Shown in pieces: positions 1 through 9,400 of a DNA stretch of 20,000 bases. The stretch is from Saprolegnia diclina VS20 (lineage: Eukaryota). Location of the stretch: NCBI RefSeq assembly GCF_000281045.1, contig NW_008246090.1, forward strand, positions 625,051 to 645,050, given 5' to 3'. Numbering within the stretch: the first letter of the stretch is position 1; every line of letters starts with the position of its first letter. The notes under the pieces are model-generated. The model did no database searches. It was not told where the DNA came from and was given only the letters and a program-made list of their open reading frames with translations. The position numbers were made by a program, and so were the translations under genes.

Positions 1-1
1 C

Positions 2-3000
2 GCCGCGCTCGAGCCGCTTGAGCTCGGCTTCCCACAGCTCGTCTTGCGCAGCCCTCGTGGCATTACGCTGGAGAGGCTCCTGATGCTCGACCCGTCTTGG
101 CTCTTCTTTGGTCACATGGCACTCTTCGACTATGCGATGCACGATCGCGAAGCTCTTTCGATCCAAGGCGACGTCCAGTCACTCAACGTCCTCTCGACGT
201 TCTATGTACCGATCCCAGCACCAGTGCCACCGGCGCCGTCGATGGCCATCGGGTCGTTCTTCTGGCTGGTCGTGGCCAGTGTGTCCTCGACGTACGCTTG
301 CCTCGCGCTGGTCGCACTCGTGTTGCACACGCGTACATGCCACGTGAAGTACGTGCCGACGCACTGGGTCTTTGCAACCCCCGCCCTCAGCGCGGTTTGG
401 ATGAGCCGCAATGTACTTCTGCTACGGGGCGTCGCTGCGATGGCGTGTTTGGCGACGGCAACGGTGGAAGTGGCCTCGCCATTTCCCAGTGTTGCACGCC
501 TCGTGCCCCGCCGTCGATCGCTCTTTTACTCGATGCTCTTGAGCAGCGACGCGCTTTGGCTAAGCTACGCTCTCCAAGGCGTGCTCTTGCCGATCACATT
601 TTGCTACTTTGTACGCTATGGCCTTGGCGCACTCGCGCTAACATGGTGCCTTGTCGTCGCCATTGATGTGGTCGCCCCCGTCGAGATCTCGGCCACGCTC
701 ACACGGTCCTGCCACATGCAAAATATGGACTCGATGCTCTACTGCGATAGCGGCAATGTGGTCATTGGCCGCGTGGACCGACTCGTGCTGCTGTGCCTTG
801 CCCAGATCGGCGTCGTCCTCTGCAGCGCGATTCTTGGGTGGGTGCGCACGCGTCGCCAACCTCGAGCGGTGCCTGCCCACCCGCTCTTGCCGCTTGCACT
901 TGTCGCGATGCGCAGCGACGTGGGCCGGCTCAGCGCCGCGACCGCAGCTCTTTGCGGCTTGTGCTACGTCCAGTGGCACGGCACGTCGTATGCGTTTGAC
1001 ATCAAGCTCTGGCGGCTGCTCGTGGTGCGAAGCAGCAACATTTTGAAGGTTAACACTGTCGCGCCCTTTGACGCCGACGCGCCTGTCGCGGGGCCGGCGC
1101 CAATGCAGGCGCATCTCACCGAGCCGACGCGCTGGTACGTTTACACGCACGTGTTGGCGGCGGTCGCCTACCTTGTTTGCACCGTGTACGCCAATGCGGC
1201 GTACGTCGGCGCGCTCACAACGTCCCTCGCCAACGACTTTGGCTGGGAAGCGTTCAACACGACGGGCACACATGCGTTTTTGGCGAATGCATTCAACAAG
1301 GCGCTACTGACGACGTTGGGAGCGTCTGAAATGGCACTGGCAACCCCCGCGTTTGGNNNNNNNNNNNNNNNNNNNNNNNNNNNNNNNNNNNNNNNNNNNN
1401 NNNNNNNNNNNNNNNNNNNNNNNNNNNNNNNNNNNNNNNNNNNNNNNNNNNNNNNNNNNNNNNNNNNNNNNNNNNNNNNNNNNNNNNNNNNNNNNNNNNN
1501 NNNNNNNNNNNNNNNNNNNNNNNNNNNNNNNNNNNNNNNNNNNNNNNNNNNNNNNNNNNNNNNNNNNNNNNNNNNNNNNNNNNNNNNNNNNNNNNNNNNN
1601 NNNNNNNNNNNNNNNNNNNNNNNNNNNNNNNNNNNNNNNNNNNNNNNNNNNNNNNNNNNNNNNNNNNNNNNNNNNNNNNNNNNNNNNNNNNNNNNNNNNN
1701 NNNNNNNNNNNNNNNNNNNNNNNNNNNNNNNNNNNNNNNNNNNNNNNNNNNNNNNNNNNNNNNNNNNNNNNNNNNNNNNNNNNNNNNNNNNNNNNNNNNN
1801 NNNNNNNNNNNNNNNNNNNNNNNNNNNNNNNNNNNNNNNNNNNNNNNNNNNNNNNNNNNNNNNNNNNNNNNNNNNNNNNNNNNNNNNNNNNNNNNNNNNN
1901 NNNNNNNNNNNNNNNNNNNNNNNNNNNNNNNNNNNNNNNNNNNNNNNNNNNNNNNNNNNNNNNNNNNNNNNNNNNNNNNNNNNNNNNNNNNNNNNNNNNN
2001 NNNNNNNNNNNNNNNNNNNNNNNNNNNNNNNNNNNNNNNNNNNNNNNNNNTCTCGACCTGCTTTTGGAGAACGCGACGCTGTACGCGCCTCTGTCCCCTG
2101 GTCTGCAGGTGCTGCAGGACACTATAGGACCATTTGGCAATGTCGACATGGTGTACATTGCGCCGCCTCAATCGCTCTTGCACCTCTACCAGCGCATGAC
2201 AACCGCGCTGGCCAATTTGACGTTTCATGACGTGGCAGCCCAAGAAGCGTTCGTAGCACTGCCGCTCAAATTGTACATTGGTCAGCAGCCAGCGTCGTTT
2301 GTCGGCAATATGACATTACGCAGTGTCGGGGGCAGTGTCTTTTGCGGCGACGACGTCCAACCGTTCTCCCCGTCGCTCGGCCTCGCGCTGCCATTTAGTT
2401 TTGATACGGTCTGTCACTGGTGGTCGCCCGACTTCTTCACCCCGTCGCCCACCGAGCTTTTGTTTGCGCTGGCTGCGTACACGCTATCGCTGCCGCCGTT
2501 GCAAGGACCGGAGCTACGTTTGCTCTGCGCCCACGACATTTATGCCGAGCCCAACTGCGAAGCTATCTACGAGGCGTCGCTGGCCTTTCTAACACAGTAC
2601 TCAACGACCTTTGCTCCACTTGTGCCGCTTGTGGCGACAACCACCGTGGAAACCCTGCGTCTCGACCTTCAACTGGTTCAACTGGTCACCACGACCACTT
2701 CAAATCGCGGGGTTGAGCTCTTCTCGCAGGGTCTTTTCAACGTCACGAGCCCGCGTGATGTGGCGTGGACGTTCTTTAGTTGGTGTTACCTCTATGAGTG
2801 GGTCGTGGCGCGGCGCGAAGTCGTTTCGTTCGTTGGCGATATTGGACATATTACGTCCATCTCGGCGGTTGTCAACCCGCTCACGCTGTCGCTCGATGCG
2901 CAAGAGATACCAACGTACGTGAGCTTTTCGAGCTTGGCGTGCGTTTTTTACCTGACGTGCGTCATCTCTTGCATCACGTCGATCACCGTGCTGTACGTCC

Positions 3001-3797
3001 TTGCCGTGCGCTTGGACGTCGAGCCGTGGAACCTCTACCAAATCAACCGCGTCGTCGGCCACGTGTATGTGGGCCGCAGCCTCCTTATCGTGCGAAGTGC
3101 GACAGCCCTCTGGCTCCTCAACACGTCGCGACTGGAGCTCGCTCGCTTTGGCGTCGGTACTCGGCTCGACGCACCGCGTTTGGACCCGATCAAGGTCGCC
3201 CTCGGCGCGGGCGAGCTCACATGGCTCGTGTACCTTCTCAACGACGTGCTCAGCGTCGCAACGACCGCCCACACGGTGCGCTACGCACTCAAAAGCACCT
3301 TGTGTACGTGGATCGTCTCGGTCGTCGTGGCAGTTGTGTGGCCGCAAGCCTACACCGCGTCGATTGCTCCCAACTGCGCCTATGTCAATATGGACCAGCT
3401 GCTCGTGTGTCAGCGCGCGACCGTCACGATTGGCCGCTGGAGCGGGGTGCGCTGGAACCTCGGGTTCGTCGTCTGCAGCGTCCTGGGCTTTGCGTTGCTC
3501 GAGCAGCGCCGACGAGGCGCACCGCCAACGCCACCGGCCGCCGCCTCGTGCCACCTCAACTCGACCGCGTACTACATGTTGTACGTGTGGTCCGTTGACG
3601 ACACGGTGACGTACATGGACCGCGCGTCGGCGTTTCTCGCCGGCCTCGTGTCGCTGCGATGGCGACAACGCATGCTCGTGTTTGACGTCAAGCGCTGGTG
3701 CTGTTATGCGTACGACCTGGAGGCGTACCCGCCGCTCTCCCCGTTGCGGCAGATCCACGCAGCACTGGCGCTGCATGCACTTCCGTCGATCGACTAA
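2..3797 (+). CDS. Large multi-pass membrane protein of an uncharacterised Saprolegniales-type family (5'-partial, interrupted by an N gap), built from two tandem homologous modules
   Basis: Open from base 2 to the gap at 1357 and again from 2052 to TAA at 3795-3797, with no introns evident. Many hydrophobic segments. Paired motifs on either side of the gap: WLFFGHMALFDYAMHDREALSIQGD / WTFFSWCYLYEWVVARREVVSFVGD; CHMQNMDSMLYCDSGNVVIGR / CAYVNMDQLLVCQRATVTIGR; FDIKLW / FDVKRW. Module 2 starts at LANDFGWEAFNTTG. Continuity across the gap is inferred. Confidence 0.85.
1357..2050. other. Gap (N run, 694 nt)
   Basis: Run of N inside the membrane-protein CDS. Confidence 0.99.
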
Positions 3798-3857
3798 TGC
3801 GCTTGCTAATTTGGATTCGAACTAGTTCTCTTGGGGTGAAACCCAGGGGGGAGCCTA

Positions 3858-4143
3858 GCTGGCCGAGTGGTGGCGATCTCTCTCGTCTGAAGAGGTATCG
3901 AGATATCTTATCTGGAACGATGTGGAGAGCACTCCTCAGAAGTGGTGCGCGGTCTCTGATCTAGATTGGTGTTGGCTCCTATATGGGCGACGCTGGTCTG
4001 ATCTGGAATGGTGTGGCGCTCATCAGAAGTGGCGCGGAGCTCTCTCGTCTGGAGTTGCGCAGAGCTTGCTCGAGTGTAGCACATTACGAGTCTGGAGCGC
4101 ACCAGAATAAAGCGACCAGTATTCAAGTTGGTTGCACATCTGG
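3858..4143 (+). repeat. Degenerate tandem repeat, ~42-49 nt period, with a TCTGG core
   Basis: TCT(G/A)G cores at 3911, 3960, 4002, 4048, 4091 and 4139. Shared longer words: TCAGAAGTGG x2, TCTGATCT x2, TCTCTCGTCTG x2. Confidence 0.65.
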
Positions 4144-4270
4144 TACTCGAATGGAAATGATGTTGGAACCGGTTGGCAATTTGGCGCCAGCAGACAACCG
4201 GTCAGCAACCAACTGGTCTCGTGGACTTTCCACCAATCACCGACGCGCTGTCGGTCCATATCTTGAGCGG

Positions 4271-4721
4271 ATGGAACACGACCTGCCGCTCGTGAGCGTG
4301 GTCCGCGCGGCCAAGCTGGCGCTGCCTAGCAAGGCCGGGCTCACGAAGGAAGGGAAGGAGCTGCTGCAGACGGCCGCTGGCGTCTTTGTGCTCTACCTCA
4401 CGGCGGCGTAGGACGACGACGCCCTCGCACTCGATCGCTCATGGCCCTTGTAGAGCCGACGACGAGTGCAAGACCAAGGGCCGCCAAACCATCTCGGGCA
4501 ACGACGTCTTCAAGGCGCTCCAGGACGTCGACTTTGCGCAGCTGGTCGCGCCGACCGCCGATTTTCTCCAGCGAGCCAAGGCGACGGCCAAGAAGCCCAA
4601 GGCCAAGGCGACCAAGGACGACGCCATGGGCCACGACGACAACGACGAGAACGAGCATGCGGACGAAGAAACCAAGGAAATGGATCTTGACGACGAAGAA
4701 GAGACCAAGGAAGAAGCATAA
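4271..4721 (+). CDS. POLE3: Histone-fold protein, DNA polymerase epsilon subunit 3 / DPB4 / CHRAC17-like (~134 aa); exons 4271-4407 and 4454-4721
   Basis: A 46-nt GT-AG intron (4408-4453) joins DLPLVSVVRAAKLALP...TKEGKELLQTAAGVFVLYLTAA to ADDECKTKGRQTISGNDVFKALQDVDF. This is an NF-YB-type histone fold with the AAxVFVLY motif and acidic tail of POLE3/DPB4. Confidence 0.82.
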
Positions 4722-4748
4722 GCCGTCATACATATTACGAAGTTGCAT

Positions 4749-5803
4749 CTATGCCATGTCGACGTCGTCGTCCCCGTCGGTGGCGTCCCGCATAATGACC
4801 ACGTGGCTGCCCTTGACCTTGCGCACCTCTGTGGCGTGGCACACAACAGTCGCTTAGGATGAAAGACGACGAGGATGAAGACGGGAACGCACCTCCGTGG
4901 GCGATGACGGCCGCGCACGACGACGAGACCGCGTCCATGGCCTTGCCGTACGGCAGCCCGAGGAGCATGCCAATGTTGATCACGTCGTAGGGCGACCGCA
5001 GGAGCATGTCCCGCGCTGCGCCGCTGCCAAAGACGATGTGGCGGCCACGCGTGATGCGGATGAGACTGCTGGCGTTGGCGAAAAAATACCGCCGGCCGCT
5101 CGAGTCTACTCATCCTGTGACGTGAGCGACCTCGATTCCATGGACGTACCGCCGAGCGCCGCCGTGTACTTGAGCTCGAAGTAGATGCCCCGCGCAATCG
5201 CTGCGTCCACCTACATCCAGTAGCATGGTTGACATCGTCGATTCGAGTTGTTGTCTACCAAGGGCTTGCGGAGCTGGAACGACAGGCGCGACGAGACGTC
5301 CAGCGTAATGATGTCGACGTCGCCTTGCTCGCAAAAGAACTGGAAGAGACGCGTCGACGTCGGCTCGACCGCGACAATGTCGTAGGCGCGGATCACCGGG
5401 TTGCTGTTCTAAGGTGTTGCAATGCATGAGGGCAATGGACTTACAGAATATCGTCGTACGATGGCATGGGCTGCGTTCATGTCGTCGCACTGCAGCGTGA
5501 TGCGCTTGAGCTGACGGACTGCCGGCGGCGGGTTTTCGCCGCCAATGCGAAGGCCATGCAACTGCGTCTTGGTCTTCCGGCCGCTCTCGAGGCTCCATGG
5601 CGCCAGCGACTCGGGCGCTCGCGGTGGCTTGGTCCCGTCGTTCTCGACGTTGAGCGCCATGCAGCCGTATCCTACTGCGCGAAGAGCATGAGCATGCGCA
5701 TGGCGTCGCATACGCATCGCCTACACCGGGCCATCTCGAGGAGGAAGAAGCTCTGCTGCGCGCCCGTCGCGCCGTCCGCCGGCACGTTGAGATCGCAGTA
5801 CAT
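4749..5803 (-). CDS. RPP30: Ribonuclease P/MRP protein subunit p30 (RPP30/Rpp1), ~265 aa, 6 exons (5803-5725, 5674-5460, 5408-5259, 5210-5150, 5105-4893, 4828-4749)
   Basis: Spliced translation: MYCDLNVP...LGYGCMALN...QLKRITL...YDIVAVEPTSTRLFQFFCEQGDVDIITLD...AIARGIYFELKY...RRYFFANASSLIRITRGRHIVFGSGA...LRSPYDVINIGMLLGL, the hallmark p30 motifs. Five GT-AG introns of 44-64 nt keep the frame. Intron 2 has an alternative in-frame GTAAGT donor 15 nt further in. Confidence 0.93.
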
Positions 5804-6063
5804 GTTGGATTGGGAATGGTGGGCACGTCGCGCGCATACACGCGCGAACTTGAGACGCAAGCCAATCATCGCGTAGATAACACTATTTTCAGTAGCATGG
5901 CGTGTGGGTTTCAGCGCGAAACCACGGGACGCGACGCTTCCACGCGCAGCTACTTGACGCGCTAGCTGTCACCCACCGACCTTGAAGCCGACAGATTGTC
6001 TGCATTTCCACCGACATCGCTGTCTATTGGGCCTCGAACGACGATTATGATTTGTGATCAAGT

Positions 6064-6401
6064 TTATTGCTTAATAATGCCTTTGGATGTCAACTGCTCC
6101 CATACCCACCGCAGGGCTGGAAGGACCTCTGGCCGCAGTTGACGGACAGTTGGCTAAATCCATCCTGCGGCTTGGCATCTCTCCAGCACGTATTAGTCGG
6201 TGCGGCGATCACGGCTAATTAGACGCGCCGACCTCGTCCTCCAGAAAGCAGTGCAAGGACGTCCACAACGTCTGCCGTGGGACACCAAGAGTGCTCGAGT
6301 GGCGCCGAGATCGACGCTGCCCATGGTGGCGCGCTGTCTGAACGAGAAAGAACGCAGCAGCTCATGTACACCACGTGAAACGCCGCCGTTGTCTTCAACA
6401 T
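6064..6401 (-). CDS. Possible small spliced hypothetical protein (~75 aa), 5' end uncertain
   Basis: Putative exons 6337-6233 (TARHHGQRRSRRHSSTLGVPRQTLWTSLHCFLEDE) and 6153-6064 (PTVRQLRPEVLPALRWVWEQLTSKGIIKQ*) join in frame through a GT..AG intron. A pyrimidine-rich acceptor TTCTTTCTCGTTCAG precedes the first. No family recognised. Confidence 0.3.
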
Positions 6402-6483
6402 ACACTATTTCCGATCGCCCGCGGACCTTATCCGGACGCGCAACGGTTGCAGTCGAAACGGCGTAGCATTCGGTCGGCGCCCG

Positions 6484-9400
6484 ATGGCAGCAACGCGGTC
6501 GGCCGAGAGCAAGGCCGCGCTCGAGCCCGAGTCTACGGACGAGTGCAACAACGGCGATGGCGACGGCGACGTCGTCGACCAGCCCACGGTTGACCGCATG
6601 CACCTCCTCTCGGCGCTGCCCGACTTGGACGAGCTCTGCAGCGCCAACGGGCTCTCGCGCAAGCAGTTTGGCAAGCGCGCGCACCTCGTGCAGTCGCTTG
6701 AGATGTTTCTCGGCTTTTGGCCGCGCATGGTGACTGTCACGTACTTTACCAACTTGCGCGACCTCTCGATCGTCAAGCACCCAACGATCGCCGTGCTCGA
6801 AGGCCTAGAGTCGTGCCCGCAGCTCGAGTCGCTGCGCATTGTCGAGTGCAGCCTCGGGCGCATCGAAGGCCTCTCACAGTGCACGCGCTTGACGTACCTC
6901 AATCTAAGTTCGAACGCGCTCGTGCGTATGGACGGCCTGTCGGCGCTCACGCGCCTCGAGACGCTCTGGCTCAACGACAACCGCATCGAGCGCCTCAGTG
7001 GGCTGGAGCACTGTACCTCGCTGCAAGTGCTATGGGTCGCCAAGAATTACATTGCAACGCTCGAGCGGTGTTTGGATGCAAATACGACCTTGACCGAGCT
7101 CAATGTTGCGGCCAACCAGCTCAGCAGCTTCCTGGCGCTAGCGCCACTCGGGAAGCTGCCGCGCCTTGCGTCGCTGAATTTAAGCGACCCGCACTTTGGC
7201 GACAACCCGGTGTGTCGCCTCTGCAACTACCAGACGTACCTTCTCTGTCAACTGCCGCACTTGACGTACCTCGACACGCTGGAGCTTAGTCCGCTCAACA
7301 AACAGATTGCCGACTCGACGCTCATGAAGAAGCGCATGTACTACAACATGCGCATCAAGACCATCAAGCGCAACATCTCGAATTGCGTCCGGCACGCGCG
7401 GCAGTGCTACATCGACCACATCAACTTTGCCAACTTCAACTTGAACGCAGTCATGCGCGAACTCTCGGATCTCGATAAGGAACTCGAAGACGAAAAGCTA
7501 CACGGCGTCTCGCAAACGTTTCTCAAGTACCCGCAAGGAAGCCTCGAGGCCAAGCGGGCCCAAGTCGCTGCGTACATTGCGTTGAAAACGCAGTGCATTC
7601 ACAGCATGACGCAGGCGTTCGAGCACCTTCGACACCAGCTCACGACGTTGAGCGAGAAGACAATTGCGCGTCTCCTCTTGGAGCTCAATACAGGCGGCAA
7701 CATTCGCCTCGAAGACGGCTCCGAAGCCGATGTGTGGTACGCGAGCTGTGTCGACTTGCTGAGATCCCGCGCCTTCTTGGCCGACCTCGCGCCTCTCGGG
7801 ATCCGCGACCTCAAGGTCAACCGTGTCACGCGTATCAACAACCGGTTTCTGCGCAACCGGTTTCAGGACCGCGTCGAAGCGCTCCTGTCCGGGCCCGACG
7901 AGCACGTCAAGGACAATGTGAGCAAGCGCGGCGTCACCATCAAGGAGAGCGCGATCAATACCAGTTCGTCGTCGTCCGACCAAGACAACGCCAAGGACAC
8001 CACCGACGTCGCCATTGAGAACACGCTCGAGTACCTATTTTACATGCAGCCGCCGATCTTGGACCACATCGATGGCGTCAAGGAGCAGTACCACGTGATC
8101 GAACATGGCTTCCGCGCGGTCGACGACTATGCCGTGCTCGGGCCGCACTGCGCCCATGGCATGAAGCTCACCAACTCGCTCGCACTACTCGATGTGCCTC
8201 GTATTGCGACCGCGCTGCATCTGGGCGCCGAGCCCGACGCCGATGTCTCGGCGTACGCTCATTTTGGCTGGCAGTCGGTGGAGCTCACAAAAGCCATGCG
8301 GAGCTCGCAGCGCAAATTGCTCTCGGGCGAGTTCAAGCTGACCGACGGCGTCCTCGTGATTGCCAAGGCCTTTGTGGGTCACACGCGGATCGTCGAGCAA
8401 GGGACGTCGTTTCCGCTTCAAAAGCCCGATGACGTCCAGTGCCTCCAAGCCATCAAACCGACCGACCCGAAGCAACGCATGTACTTTTTACTGGACGCGG
8501 CGCTCGCGCTGCCCGAGTACATTGTCGAGTACGAGTACACGCCACTGGACACAACGTCGCACCTCCTCGCGGGCTTGGTGCCGGCGGTCGCACCGGCGGT
8601 CGTCGCAGACCGACCTCTGGGCCCGGACGACTACAAGCAGTATGGCATCACGTCCGACGAAGCGATCGTGGACATGGGCGCTGCCATCGCGCTCACTGAA
8701 GCCTTCAAGCACAAGTACCAGCTCGTGTTTACTGAGCCGCTTCTCGAGCAACATTTGCTCGAAGAAGCGGCGAAAAACCTCATTCAAATGGACCCGACGA
8801 TCGCGCGGCGACAGGCGATTGGCGGCGTCGGCCCCGCGACGACGCACATTACACCGTCGAGTCTTGTGTCGCTGGCCTACGGGATCGCCCCGCACGACAT
8901 GGTGCATTTGAACCTCACGAGCTCGGGGCTTAAGTCCCTCGCCGGGCTCAGTATGTGCGGCCTCGTCAAGCTCGAGCGCCTCGTGCTCAGCTTCAACGAG
9001 ATCCGGACCATCGAAGGGTTGGAGGGACTGGGTTCGCTCACGACATTGGATTTGGGCTACAATATTCTGCGCTCGATCGACAACATTCATGGTCTTCATT
9101 TGCTGCACACGCTGCTCCTCAACAACAACCTGCTCTACCGCTTTGAGGACGTGAGTACGCTCAGCCACGTCCCAAGTCTTCACACTCTCGACTTGCGCAA
9201 CAACGCCATCTGTGAAGCCAAACGGTACCGGAAAAACGTGCTCCAGCGCCTTCCCAAGCTCCAGCGCCTCGATATGGCGCCGGTCGCCCCAAACGAGCTC
9301 TCGACGCCGCTTGCCGTGCGCCTCTCGCCGCATAAGATCTGGGCGTGCTCGCGCGGGAGCCGGCACGATCGCGGCGAGTCGAGCTTGGCCCGCTTCCGCG

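Noticed and set aside
2700..3776. Long antisense ORFs (also 8488-9525, 638-1273, 6405-7043)
   Set aside because: Shadows of GC-rich codon usage on the coding strand, with no recognisable motifs.
3813..3900. tRNA or SINE-like boxes: TGGCCGAGTGG (A box, + strand, 3860-3870) and GTTCGAATCC (B box, - strand, 3822-3813)
   Set aside because: The boxes are on opposite strands, no T-stem or acceptor stem can be folded, and the A-box-like word overlaps the degenerate repeat.
3858..4143. CRISPR-like repeat-spacer array
   Set aside because: The constant core is only ~5-10 nt, the spacers resemble one another, the context is eukaryotic, and there are no cas genes.
3983..4270. N-terminal extension of POLE3 in the 142-aa ORF
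   Set aside because: It runs through the repeat and promoter-like sequence. Histone-fold similarity starts at the ATG at 4271, as expected for POLE3.
6440..6450. Palindrome-like GCAACGGTTGC upstream of LRRC9 as an RFX X-box
   Set aside because: The half-site orientation does not fit an X-box, RFX factors are not expected in oomycetes, and it is short enough to be chance.
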